The notes beneath the pieces are model-generated. The model was not told the DNA's origin and searched no databases. It was given only the letters and a program-made list of their open reading frames with translations. From contig VGBT01000001.1 in assembly GCA_016870395.1 (NCBI GenBank), positions 4,376-68,375 on the forward strand: a stretch of DNA of 64,000 bases, written 5' to 3'. Both the position numbers and the translations under genes were made by a program. This document shows, one piece after another, positions 1 to 14,737 of this stretch (position 1 is the stretch's first letter; each line of letters opens with the position of its first letter). The stretch is from Actinomycetota bacterium. GTDB lineage: Bacteria; Actinomycetota; Acidimicrobiia; IMCC26256; JAENVU01.

Positions 1-225
1 GTCTGGGTCGGCACACTGATCCCGGGCGCGGAGATCCCGGGCAAGAACAAGACGGACATCGTCGTCTTCCGCGATGCCGCCACTGGTCGAGAGCTTGCAC
101 GATCGGCCCGGTTGCCGTACATGACACAGGGAAGCGCCATTCAACCCGGGTACGGAGGCAGCGTCTTCTTTCCCGGCGCGGAAGGGACCCTGGTCAAGGT
201 CACACCAACACCCGAGAAGAACTGA
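1..225 (+). CDS. C-terminal fragment of an unidentified protein (gene starts upstream of window)
   Basis: Frame 1 is open from base 1 to TGA at 223-225 (75 codons, ...GSVFFPGAEGTLVKVTPTPEKN*). Third codon positions are GC-rich as in neighbouring genes. Family not recognised. Confidence 0.4.
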   Translation, partial: VWVGTLIPGAEIPGKNKTDIVVFRDAATGRELARSARLPYMTQGSAIQPGYGGSVFFPGAEGTLVKVTPTPEKN

Positions 226-451
226 CACGGTCGCGACCGAGACGTTCGCGGCCGTTCTCACCCGTCCTGTTCGGCGCCGCCGTGTACCTCACTGGCCTGT
301 GGTCGGTTTCGCGATGGCTGGCGGTGCACGCGCCGGAAATCCTGGCCAGGATCGAGGGCAGAGGTCGACGCGGTGAGAGGTTTCTCGGCCAACTCACGCC
401 AGGCGCTGCGGCGACCAGTCGCGACTCTCGCGCTTGTTCTGGTCGAACGAG

Positions 452-525
452 TGGAGACGATGGGACTCGAACCCACGACCCCCTGCTTGCAAAGCAGGTG
501 CTCTAGCCAGCTGAGCTACGTCCCC
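452..525 (-). tRNA. tRNA-Ala (anticodon TGC)
   Basis: The reverse complement GGGGACGTAGCTCAGCTGGCTAGAGCACCTGCTTTGCAAGCAGGGGGTCGTGGGTTCGAGTCCCATCGTCTCCA folds as a cloverleaf. It has the G3:U70 alanine identity pair and anticodon loop TT-TGC-AA. CCA is not encoded. Confidence 0.95.
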
Positions 526-626
526 GAGACACACGACGGTACCGCGTCCACACCCTGCCGGCGCCACGCGTCCCGACGCGCGTTCTGGTCGTCGGGGTGC
601 GCCGCTCCGGCGTCAAAGCAGGGCGT

Positions 627-1049
627 CTACTGGTAGCCCACCATGATCTGCTCGACCCACCACGCCGGGGCCGCGTTCATCAGGGTGCCGAGGTCCCAGT
701 AGTCCCACCACCGGGTGACCCGACCGTCGTGGACCTCGTGCACCGACACGAACGGCAGGCGCACGTGCTCGCCGGTTGGCCAGTACCAGTCCTCGGAGTG
801 CTCGGTGATCACCATGTCGCCCTCGGCGACCATCGGCCCGCCGTTCAGCACGTAGCGCTCCAGCGGCTCGAGGCCCAGTCGCAACCTCGCCTCGATCGCC
901 GCGGGCCCACGCGCTCCGTCTTCCGGGGCGGGCACGTCGGTGTAGTGCCCGTCCTCGGAGAAGCACGCCGCCACCGCGGCGAAGTCCCGGCGCGCCAGGG
1001 CCGCCCAGAGCTCCTCGATCAACGCCTTGTTCGCATTCGGGTCGCTCAC
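627..1049 (-). CDS. SnoaL-like / limonene-1,2-epoxide-hydrolase-like NTF2-fold protein
   Basis: This is the C-terminal 140 aa of ORF 627..1808 (VSDPNANKALIEELWAALARRDFAAVAACFSEDGHYTDVP...RVTRWWDYWD), typical of the SnoaL/LEH fold. GTG at 1049 is chosen as start. The upstream part of the 393-aa ORF is Ser/Arg-rich and antisense to moxR. Confidence 0.65.
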   Translation of the reverse strand: MSDPNANKALIEELWAALARRDFAAVAACFSEDGHYTDVPAPEDGARGPAAIEARLRLGLEPLERYVLNGGPMVAEGDMVITEHSEDWYWPTGEHVRLPFVSVHEVHDGRVTRWWDYWDLGTLMNAAPAWWVEQIMVGYQ

Positions 1050-1116
1050 GGGCCCGCACGCTAGCGGAGGCCGACTCCGGTCAAGCCGGTCGCTCCCGGC
1101 GCCGACAAAACAGCGA

Positions 1117-2085
1117 ATGTCCTCGCCCGAGCTACGTCCGAGCGACCTCGGGGTCGCAGCCGCGTCTCGGTTCGCGGCCGCCCTCGGCGAGCGTCTGGGG
1201 ACCGTGCTGCGAGGCAAGCCCGAGCCGGTCCGGCACGCGCTGGTCACGCTGCTCGCCGGCGGCAACCTCCTCGTCGACGACGTCCCCGGCGTGGGCAAGA
1301 CCCTCCTCGCGAAGGCGATCGCTCGCGCCGTCGGCGGCACGTTCCGCCGCATCCAGGGCACGCCCGACCTGCTTCCCTCCGAGCTCACCGGCGTCTCGGT
1401 GTTCCATCTCGCCGGCAACGAGTGGGAGTTCCGGCCCGGCCCGTTGTTCGCCAACGTGGTGCTCGTCGACGAGCTCAACCGCGCCACGCCGCGCACCCAG
1501 TCTGCGCTGCTCGAGGCGATGGAGGAGCACCAGGTCACCGTCGACGGCGTGAGCCGCCCCCTGCCCGTGCCCTTCTTCCTCGTCGCGACGCAGAACCCGT
1601 TCGAGACCGCCGGCACCTTCCCACTGGTGGAGGGCCAGCTCGACCGGTTCATGATCGTCACCGAGATCGGGCCACCCGACCCACTCACCGAGCGCTCGCT
1701 GCTCCTCGGCGAGGGGGGCGAGCCTGCACTCGCCGAGCTGCCCGCGCTCGTCGAGCCGACCGCGCTGCTCGCTGCGCGTGGCGCGACCCAGCGCGTGCAC
1801 TGCAGCACCGCGCTCGCGGACTACGTGGTCGCCGTCGCTAACGCGACCCGTTCGCACGCCGAAGTGGTGATCGGCGCGAGCCCACGCGCCGCACTCGCGC
1901 TCCTACACGCGGCCCAGGCAAGTGCGGTACTCGACGACCGCGACTACGTCGTTCCCGACGACGTGGCGCGGCTGGCCCCGGCCGTACTGGCCCACCGGCT
2001 CGTGCTGCGTGACCCGGTCCGCCTGCGGGAAACCCGGACGCTCGTCGACGGGCTCGTCGGGACGGTCCCCATCCCGAGGCCGTGA
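1117..2085 (+). CDS. moxR: MoxR-family AAA+ ATPase
   Basis: Walker A is DDVPGVGKTLLAKAIA and Walker B is VVLVDELNRATPRTQSALLEAMEE. QVTVDG...FFLVATQNP is diagnostic of the MoxR/AAA_3 family. Start is ATG 1117 (MSSPELRP). Confidence 0.9.
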   Translation: MSSPELRPSDLGVAAASRFAAALGERLGTVLRGKPEPVRHALVTLLAGGNLLVDDVPGVGKTLLAKAIARAVGGTFRRIQGTPDLLPSELTGVSVFHLAGNEWEFRPGPLFANVVLVDELNRATPRTQSALLEAMEEHQVTVDGVSRPLPVPFFLVATQNPFETAGTFPLVEGQLDRFMIVTEIGPPDPLTERSLLLGEGGEPALAELPALVEPTALLAARGATQRVHCSTALADYVVAVANATRSHAEVVIGASPRAALALLHAAQASAVLDDRDYVVPDDVARLAPAVLAHRLVLRDPVRLRETRTLVDGLVGTVPIPRP

Positions 2086-3017
2086 GCGGGCGCGGGCTGC
2101 CCGTGCCCGCGGCCCCGCGCCGCGCCACCGTCGTGCTCCTCGCGGTGTCGTTGGCGCTCTACGTCATCGCCCGCACCACCGGCGCCGGGTGGGACGTCGT
2201 GCTGATGTGCGCGGTTGCCGGCACGCTCGTCGTGGCCGCCCTCCTCCCCGCGTGGGGGCTGCTCCGCACCGGCGCCGCCGTCGAGGCTCCCCGCGACGCC
2301 ATCGCCGGCCACCCGTTCGCCTGCACCCTTTCGCTGTCGGGGCACGGACCGGAGCTCGTCGTGCGCGTCGAAGACCCTCCGGGCGAGCGCGTCCGAGCCC
2401 GCGCCGGCACGCGCGGGACCGTCACGGTCGTTCCGCCGGAGCGCGGTGTGCTTCACGGCGTGCGGGTCGAGCTGCGCCACGCGGGGCCGCTCGGCCTCTT
2501 CGCGTGGCGCCGGTGCATCCGCGTCCCCCTGGCGTTCGGCGTCGAGGTGGCCCCCCGACGGAGCCCCGTCGCGCTCCCTGCACTCGCCGGGGCCGGCCAC
2601 ACCCCCCTCGACGACCCGAGCGCGGGGTCGCCCGGCGCTGAGCTGACCCGCGGCGCGCGCGCCTACGTGGACGGAGACCCGATCCGGCTCCTGCACTGGC
2701 CCGCGACCGCGCGCACCGGCACCGTTCTGGTGCGTGAGATGGAAGGGCCCCGTCGGCCCCGCGTGGTCGTCGTCGCGGACTTGCGCGGTCCTGATCCGGA
2801 GAGCGCAGCCTCGCGCGCCGCCGCGATCGCGGACGATGCCCTTCGCAGGGGCGCGCGTGTCGAGCTCGCCACCGCCGAGCCCGACGGACCGTGCCTTGGC
2901 GAGGTGGTGAGCACGATCGACGTCGGTCGCCGCCTGGCCCGGGCCGTACCCGGCGTACCGGCAGCGGTCGGCTTCCCGAGCGGCGCCCAGGTGCTCCACG
3001 TCGGGAGCACGGCGTGA
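2082..3017 (+). CDS. DUF58 domain protein (MoxR partner)
   Basis: The GTG start overlaps the moxR stop (GTGA). There are N-terminal TM helices. The motif RAYVDGDPIRLLHWPATARTGTVLVREMEGP is typical of DUF58. Confidence 0.8.
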   Translation: MSGRGLPVPAAPRRATVVLLAVSLALYVIARTTGAGWDVVLMCAVAGTLVVAALLPAWGLLRTGAAVEAPRDAIAGHPFACTLSLSGHGPELVVRVEDPPGERVRARAGTRGTVTVVPPERGVLHGVRVELRHAGPLGLFAWRRCIRVPLAFGVEVAPRRSPVALPALAGAGHTPLDDPSAGSPGAELTRGARAYVDGDPIRLLHWPATARTGTVLVREMEGPRRPRVVVVADLRGPDPESAASRAAAIADDALRRGARVELATAEPDGPCLGEVVSTIDVGRRLARAVPGVPAAVGFPSGAQVLHVGSTA

Positions 3018-5146
3018 AGGCGCGTGCCCCCGAGCAACCCGAGGACTCGATCGCGCTTCGCGCGGCGGTGCTGGCCGCGCTCATGGCCGCGGCGATTGCG
3101 GTGCTCCGCGAAGGCGTGGGCCGCTCCTCGCTGTGGCCCGTCGTGCTCGTGGGCTACCCGCTCGCCTTCACCGTCGCCCACCTCACCCGCCGATCCCGGC
3201 CGTTGCTGCTCCGAGCGGCCGTCAGCGCGATCGCGATCGTCGTCGTCGTGCTGTTCGCCGCGTCGATTACCGTGGGAACCATCGCGGCCGTGCAGGTCCC
3301 GCTCGCCGAGGTGTTCATGGTGCTCCTCGGGCTCCAGGCCCTCGAGGCTTCGGGACGACGGGGGCTCATGGTGTCGCTGCTCGCCGCGCTCGTGCTCGTG
3401 ACACTGGCCGGTGTGTTCTCGATCTCGACCGCGCTCGCTCCCTGGCTGGCTGGGTGGGCGTTCGCCACGCTGCTCGCGCTCGCGCTCGCGCACCGCTCGG
3501 AGCTCGAGCGCCTCCCCCGGCTCGACGGTGCCGCTTCTCGCCCCTCGGCGGGCATCCGGACGGCGCTCGGCATCGCCGCTGCGGTGTTCGCGGTCGTGAC
3601 CCTGCTCGGCGCGGCCGCGTTCGCGGTGGCACCGGTGGCCGGTACCGACCGATCGTTCACCTTCCCGGCCGAGCTCCCGCCGAGCGAGGCGGTCCCGGAG
3701 CCGGGCGGGCTCTCCAACCCGAGTCTCGGAGGAGCCGATCCCGCTCGTCGAGCCGCTCCGGGCGAGCCCGGGGGCAGAAGGTCGGCGTTCGGCTACTTCG
3801 GCTTCTCCGACGAGCTCGACACCGGCGTACGGGGCCGGCCCGACGACACGCTCGTGATGCGGGTGCGGGCCGCATCCCCCGACTTTTGGCGCGGCCAGAC
3901 CTTCGACCGCTGGGACGGGCGCACCTGGCGGGCGTCCGACGATCACCCCCGTCCGGTTCGCGGCGGACAGCCGATCGGGATCCCCCGCGTCCTCGACGAC
4001 GGCCCCGCGAACGACTTCGCGGCCGTGGACCAGCTCGTCCAGACCTACTACCTGGAACAGGCGGGCCCAAACGTGATCTTCGCTGCGGCCACCCCCACCA
4101 GGCTCTACTTCCCCGAGCGAACGATCTTCCAGATGCCGGACGGCGCGCTACGCGCGGGAGTGCGACTCGATCCCGAAAGCGTGTACACGGTCGTGAGCCA
4201 GCGGAACCTCGTGACCGAAACCGCGCTCCGGGTCAGCGACGCCACCCAGGTTGCACCGGAGATAGCGGCGAAGTACGCCGCACCACCGGAGACGACGGCG
4301 CGTGTCCGAGCGCTCGCCGCGTCGGTCGCGGCCGGTGCGCCGACGACCTACGACAAGGTGCGCGCCCTCGAAACCTGGATCGGCGCGCATACGCGCTACA
4401 CGCTCGACATCCCGCCGCTGCCACGAGGGCACGACGCGGTCGACCAGTTCCTGTTCGTCGACCGGCGCGGCTTCTGCGAGCAGATCGGTACGAGCCTCGT
4501 GGTGATGCTGCGCGAGCTGGGGATCCCGGCGCGCCTCGTCGTCGGCTACACACCGGGTGAGCGCAACCCGTTCACCGGCCTCTACGAAGTTCGGGCGAGG
4601 GATGCCCACGCGTGGGCCGAGGTGTACTTCCCGGGCGTGGGCTGGCAGGGCTTCGACCCGACCGCTTCCGTCCCGTTGGCGGGTGATGCCGCGATCGACG
4701 GCGCGGGCACAGGCGCGCTCGCGTACCTGAACGCACGGATCGACCTGCCGGCGTGGCTCGGCCCGGTGCTCGCGTTGCTCGCAGTCTTTGTCGTCCTTTC
4801 GTTCGCGGCCCGTTCCTGGACGCGTCGGACCCGTCGGGTGCGCGCGGCGAGACCGACGAGCTGGGCCGGAGTCCGCCTCGAGCGGCTGGAACGCCTCGGT
4901 CGCCGACGCGGTCGCGATCGCGCGGCGGCAGAGACCACGCCGCACTACGCCGCGGCACTCGGCGCGCTCGATCCTATCCACGCGCCTGCGCTGGCGGCGG
5001 CGGCGCGGGTGCTCGACGCGTCGATGTTCTCCGGTCGTGCCGTCGACGAGGCCGCCGCGAGTGCCGTCGACGGGCTGCTCGAGCTGCTCGACCAGAACTG
5101 GGACCGCGCCCGTCACCCCGAGGATCTCGTCCCCACCCCGAGCTGA
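3014..5146 (+). CDS. Transglutaminase-like membrane protein
   Basis: The GTG start overlaps the DUF58 stop (GTGA). There are multiple N-terminal TM helices. The transglutaminase core carries a Cys-His-Asp triad (RRGFCEQ...DAHAWAEVYFPGVGWQGFDPT). A C-terminal TM helix is present. Confidence 0.85.
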   Translation: MKARAPEQPEDSIALRAAVLAALMAAAIAVLREGVGRSSLWPVVLVGYPLAFTVAHLTRRSRPLLLRAAVSAIAIVVVVLFAASITVGTIAAVQVPLAEVFMVLLGLQALEASGRRGLMVSLLAALVLVTLAGVFSISTALAPWLAGWAFATLLALALAHRSELERLPRLDGAASRPSAGIRTALGIAAAVFAVVTLLGAAAFAVAPVAGTDRSFTFPAELPPSEAVPEPGGLSNPSLGGADPARRAAPGEPGGRRSAFGYFGFSDELDTGVRGRPDDTLVMRVRAASPDFWRGQTFDRWDGRTWRASDDHPRPVRGGQPIGIPRVLDDGPANDFAAVDQLVQTYYLEQAGPNVIFAAATPTRLYFPERTIFQMPDGALRAGVRLDPESVYTVVSQRNLVTETALRVSDATQVAPEIAAKYAAPPETTARVRALAASVAAGAPTTYDKVRALETWIGAHTRYTLDIPPLPRGHDAVDQFLFVDRRGFCEQIGTSLVVMLRELGIPARLVVGYTPGERNPFTGLYEVRARDAHAWAEVYFPGVGWQGFDPTASVPLAGDAAIDGAGTGALAYLNARIDLPAWLGPVLALLAVFVVLSFAARSWTRRTRRVRAARPTSWAGVRLERLERLGRRRGRDRAAAETTPHYAAALGALDPIHAPALAAAARVLDASMFSGRAVDEAAASAVDGLLELLDQNWDRARHPEDLVPTPS

Positions 5147-5181
5147 CCGCCGAGCTCGGAGCGAGAGCAGCCGCGGAGGGA

Positions 5182-6186
5182 TCAGGCGACGGGGACGCCC
5201 TCGAAGACCGCGGCCTTCACGCCGCGGCCCGCGAGCTCGGCGAGGAACGCCCGGGCCGCGACGATCTCGCCCAGGCCGTGCGTGCCGACCTCGGGCAGCA
5301 GCAGCCCCGGGAGCGCTCCCGCCAGCGCGGCTGCCGTGACACCAAGCACCGCGCCGGCCGCGATCGCGGTGCGCTCGATCACGCCGTAGACGAGCACCTC
5401 GCGCAAGCGGCCCCGCCGCCCCCACACCTCGACCCGCAGCGCACCCCAGCTCTCGGCGTCGGCCTTGCGGGGCCACTGCCACCACGACCGCGCCTCGGGC
5501 TCGGCCATCCGGACGCTGACTCGCTGCGCGTCGGGGAACGCGTGCTGGAGCAATGCCACGCCCGGCGCCACGAGCTGGCACTCCTGCGCGCCCACCGGGT
5601 CGGGAAACCACACGAGCTCGTGACCGGTTCGCTTGGTCGGCACGAGCAGGCCGTCGCGCACCTCGGCCGGGCGCTCGCGCCGGGCGCGGCGCGAGCTCGC
5701 GACACATGCCTCGCCTCCCGCCCCGAAGCGGGCCACGCCGACCTCGTCGACGTGCTCGAGTGCGTCGGACGCGTGACGGGCGAGCACATCGGCCAAGCCG
5801 GGTGCGAGACCGGCACCGGCGGCGACGAGCACACCAGCCGCGCGAGCGGGACCGTCGAGCACCTCCAGCCCGGCCAGACCGACGGAGTCGTCCCCGGCCG
5901 AGACAATGGGGATCCCCGCGGCGATGGCCGCCTGGGCGACCGCCGCGTCCGCCCCGGTCCGCAAGGCGCAGGCGATCGCGCTGAGCCCACCGGGCAGCGG
6001 ACGCCCGGGCTTCCAGTCGAGCGGTTCGGCATGCGGGGCCATCACCGTGGACAGCCGCTCGGCACGCTCGAGGTCGCGGCTCGCGACGAGCAGCCGCGCG
6101 ATGCCGGGGGTCTCCACCAGTTGGCGGGCGGCGCGGCCACCAACGGCGCCGGCGCCGACCAGGAGAACCGTCGCGCCGTCGGTCAA
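5182..6186 (-). CDS. Saccharopine-dehydrogenase-like NAD(P)-binding protein
   Basis: Rossmann motif TVLLVGAGAVGGRAARQL sits at the N-terminus, and overall similarity is to Sacchrp_dh-type proteins. The start is uncertain: TTG 6186 places GxGxxG about 10 aa from the N-terminus, while the longest ORF starts at 6252. Confidence 0.6.
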   Translation of the reverse strand: MTDGATVLLVGAGAVGGRAARQLVETPGIARLLVASRDLERAERLSTVMAPHAEPLDWKPGRPLPGGLSAIACALRTGADAAVAQAAIAAGIPIVSAGDDSVGLAGLEVLDGPARAAGVLVAAGAGLAPGLADVLARHASDALEHVDEVGVARFGAGGEACVASSRRARRERPAEVRDGLLVPTKRTGHELVWFPDPVGAQECQLVAPGVALLQHAFPDAQRVSVRMAEPEARSWWQWPRKADAESWGALRVEVWGRRGRLREVLVYGVIERTAIAAGAVLGVTAAALAGALPGLLLPEVGTHGLGEIVAARAFLAELAGRGVKAAVFEGVPVA

Positions 6187-6193
6187 CGTCGGG

Positions 6194-6331
6194 TCACCGG
6201 AGGTCGGGTCCGGTGAGCTCCCGCCAGCCCCCGCTCGTGGGCGGTACCCCACCCTTGCCCCGCAGCTTGATCAGCGCACCCGCGAGGGCGGCCACCAGCA
6301 GCACGACCACACCTCGACGGAACGCACGCAC
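6194..6331 (-). CDS. Possible 45-aa single-TM peptide (speculative)
   Basis: GTG 6331 gives VRAFRRGVVVLLVAALAGALIKLRGKGG... with one hydrophobic helix, and the stop lies 8 nt before the TTG start of the downstream gene. There is no homology support. Confidence 0.2.
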   Translation of the reverse strand: MRAFRRGVVVLLVAALAGALIKLRGKGGVPPTSGGWRELTGPDLR

Positions 6332-6342
6332 CCCCGGAGCAT

Positions 6343-6365
6343 ACCCAGCGACATGACTGTGGGGC
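6343..6365. repeat. 23-bp perfect direct repeat, copy 1 (acccagcgacatgactgtggggc)
   Basis: Identical to 6433-6455, exactly 90 bp away. Confidence 0.9.
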
Positions 6366-6432
6366 ACCAACGACGACTGCCGCTCGGTAGACGCTTCCCG
6401 GTGCTCAGGCTCGCAAGGCACGGCGCCGGGCC

Positions 6433-6455
6433 ACCCAGCGACATGACTGTGGGGC
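6433..6455. repeat. 23-bp perfect direct repeat, copy 2, overlapping the 3' end of tRNA-Ile
   Basis: Identical to 6343-6365. The last 6 nt are the 3'-terminal GCCCCA of tRNA-Ile (minus strand). Confidence 0.9.
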
Positions 6456-6523
6456 TAGCTGGAATCGAACCAGCGACCTCATCCTTATCAGGGATGCGCT
6501 CTAACCGACTGAGCTATAGCCCC
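6450..6523 (-). tRNA. tRNA-Ile (anticodon GAT)
   Basis: The reverse complement is GGGGCTATAGCTCAGTCGGTTAGAGCGCATCCCTGATAAGGATGAGGTCGCTGGTTCGATTCCAGCTAGCCCCA. It forms a cloverleaf with anticodon loop CT-GAT-AA. CCA is not encoded. Confidence 0.95.
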
Positions 6524-6564
6524 GGTGGGAGCGAGCAGGCTAACAGTCGGGATCGGCTGCGAGC

Positions 6565-7044
6565 TCAGCGGCGGGGCTCGGACTCCGAGAGGGTGACCTC
6601 GAAACCGCCGAGCACCTCCGCGAAGAGGTTGTAGAGCGCGGCGCCGACGACGGTGAGGATCGTGGCGAGGGCGACGAACACGACGCCCACGAGCGCTGCG
6701 CCCTCGAGGATCTGCACCGGGACGAGGCGGTAGTTGTTCGAGGTGAGGATATTGCCCATGAACTTCTCGACGTCGTGGATCGCGCCGAGCCCGTCGGCGA
6801 TGAGCCAGAGCGCGACCCCGGCCGCCACGACCACGAGCACCGAGGCGAGGTAGAAGCAGAGCGCGATCTTGAGGACGGACCACAGGTCGAACTTGCTCAC
6901 CCGGACCCGGGACTGGCGGACGACGGGATCGGGCTCGGTCTCGGGCTCGGTCTCGGTCTCGGTGACTGCGACCGCCGCCTTGCGCTTGCGCTGCCGCTTG
7001 GACTTCGCCACCGGGGGTGCGGTCACGACCGGAGCCGGGTCCAT
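6565..7044 (-). CDS. DUF3566-type membrane protein (positional homologue of M. tuberculosis Rv0007)
   Basis: It lies immediately downstream of gyrA. There is an N-terminal charged/TE-repeat region followed by SKFDLWSVLKIALCFYLASVLVVVAAGVALWLI...LYNLFAEVLGGFEVTL, typical of DUF3566. Confidence 0.8.
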   Translation of the reverse strand: MDPAPVVTAPPVAKSKRQRKRKAAVAVTETETEPETEPDPVVRQSRVRVSKFDLWSVLKIALCFYLASVLVVVAAGVALWLIADGLGAIHDVEKFMGNILTSNNYRLVPVQILEGAALVGVVFVALATILTVVGAALYNLFAEVLGGFEVTLSESEPRR

Positions 7045-7048
7045 CGTG

Positions 7049-9511
<2,463 letters not shown>

Positions 9512-9538
9512 GCCGTACCTCCCGGTGCGTGATGGTGG

Positions 9539-13099
<3,561 letters not shown>

Positions 13100-13312
13100 T
13101 CAACGAGTGGGCGTTTCGGGCCTTGCACCTCGGACGCCGGTCCGGTCCCGCGAACCCGGTGCGCCGGGGGTCGAATTCCGGGTAAAACCGCAGGTCGGAG
13201 GCCCAATTGCCGTGACAATAAGCCTACCAGACCCCTGTGACGCTCTCAGGTCTCCACGAGCCGGAATTTCCGGGGGGTCGCCGCCGGCGGGCGCGCGCCG
13301 GACCCGCGGGTG

Positions 13313-13624
13313 TCAGGGGCTCCTGAGGGGCCCGACCGACACCCGTACCTCCCGCACCTCGACGCCTGGCACCTCCGTTGCGATGCGCTCCACCAGCACC
13401 CGGTCCAGGTACCGGAGCTGACCGGCCCAGGCCGGGCCGTCGGCCACGATCGCGAGCACGCCGTCGCGGACCGCCCGCGGGCGCGTGTGCGCGGCGAGTG
13501 CCGGTCCGACGAGCTGCGCCCATGCCGCACCGAGCGCGGCGAGCCCTCCCGGACGGCCGAGCCCGAGGTCTCTGCGCACCGCACCGAGCGCGTCGGCGAT
13601 CGGGCGCGGTTCGTCGCTCGTCAC
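13313..13624 (-). CDS. dciA: DUF721 / DciA-like protein (positional homologue of Rv0004)
   Basis: The GTG start overlaps the recF stop (GTGA). The sequence ...LGAAWAQLVGPALAAHTRPRAVRDGVLAIVADGPAWAGQLRYLDRVLVERI is typical of DUF721. It lies between recF and gyrB as in other Actinobacteria. Confidence 0.75.
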   Translation of the reverse strand: MTSDEPRPIADALGAVRRDLGLGRPGGLAALGAAWAQLVGPALAAHTRPRAVRDGVLAIVADGPAWAGQLRYLDRVLVERIATEVPGVEVREVRVSVGPLRSP

Positions 13625-14724
13625 GGCTCCAGCACCCGGCCCGCCTCGACGCCGACCCACGCGTCGGCACGGACCCCCTCGGGCACCGCAGCTGCGGTCG
13701 TGAGCAGCGTCTGGGTCTGCGGGAGGTGCAGGACCAACGCGGCGGAACGCTGCGGGTCCAGCTCGCTGAACACGTCGTCGAGCAGCAGCACCGGCTCCGC
13801 CCCGGCCAGCTCAGCGACCACCCGGTGCCCGCCGAGACGCAACGCGAGGGCGAGCGTCCGCTGCTCACCCTGCGACGCGTGGTTCCGCGCGTCGAGCCCG
13901 CGCAGCTCGAGTGCCCAGTCGTCGCGATGTGGACCGACCAGGCTCACCCCCCGCTCGAGCTCACGCCGGCGCAACGCCTCCAGAGCCGCCCGCATTCGCT
14001 CGTCGACGTCGTCGACGTCGAGCGGGCAGTCGCTCCAACCGGGCGAGTACCGGGCCGCAAAGCCCGGCGCGTCTCCCGCGAGCGAGCAGTAGGCGTCCTC
14101 CGCCTCGGGAGCAAGGCGCGCCGCGAGCCGGAGCCGCCCGCGCACGAGCTCACCCCCGGTCTCGACCAAGCGCTCGTCCAGCACGTCGAGGGTGCGTCGG
14201 TCGTCGTCGTCACGCACACCGGCGCGCAGCAGCGCGTTGCGTTGTCGCACGACGCGCTCCACGTCGCCGCGTACCCCGGCGAAGCGCGGGATGCTCGCCT
14301 CCAGGAGGTCGTCGAGGTAGTCGCGACGCGCGGCTGGCCCGCCCTTGACGAGGTCGAGATCGTCCGGTGCGAACACGGTGACCCGAAGATGCTCGACGAG
14401 ATCTCGCCGCCGTTGCAGCGGCTGCTTGTTCACCAGGACCCGGTTGCGCCCGACCGCCCGGATCGCGGCTTCCACCAATGTCGCGTGCTCGTCGTCGTGC
14501 GCAATCTCCGCGCGCACGATCGCCTCCTCGGCACCCGCGCGCACCAAGGCCGCGTCGCTCACCGCCCGCATCGATCGCCCGGTCGCCACCCACGCAACCG
14601 CTTCGAGCAGGCTCGTCTTTCCCTGCCCGTTGGTGCCGGTGATCACGGTGCACCCCGGCGCGAGCGCGAGGTCGAGCGATTCGTAGCAGCGGAAGTCGCG
14701 CAGCCAGAGGTGGCTCAGCCGCAT
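13621..14724 (-). CDS. recF: DNA replication/repair protein RecF
   Basis: The N-terminus is MRLSHLWLRDFRCYESLDLALAPGCTVITGTNGQGKTSLLEAV (Walker A). The C-terminal signature is SQGEQRTLALALRL and Walker B is VLLLDDVFSELD. Confidence 0.95.
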   Translation of the reverse strand: MRLSHLWLRDFRCYESLDLALAPGCTVITGTNGQGKTSLLEAVAWVATGRSMRAVSDAALVRAGAEEAIVRAEIAHDDEHATLVEAAIRAVGRNRVLVNKQPLQRRRDLVEHLRVTVFAPDDLDLVKGGPAARRDYLDDLLEASIPRFAGVRGDVERVVRQRNALLRAGVRDDDDRRTLDVLDERLVETGGELVRGRLRLAARLAPEAEDAYCSLAGDAPGFAARYSPGWSDCPLDVDDVDERMRAALEALRRRELERGVSLVGPHRDDWALELRGLDARNHASQGEQRTLALALRLGGHRVVAELAGAEPVLLLDDVFSELDPQRSAALVLHLPQTQTLLTTAAAVPEGVRADAWVGVEAGRVLEP

Positions 14725-14737
14725 CGCGGCTCCCCGC

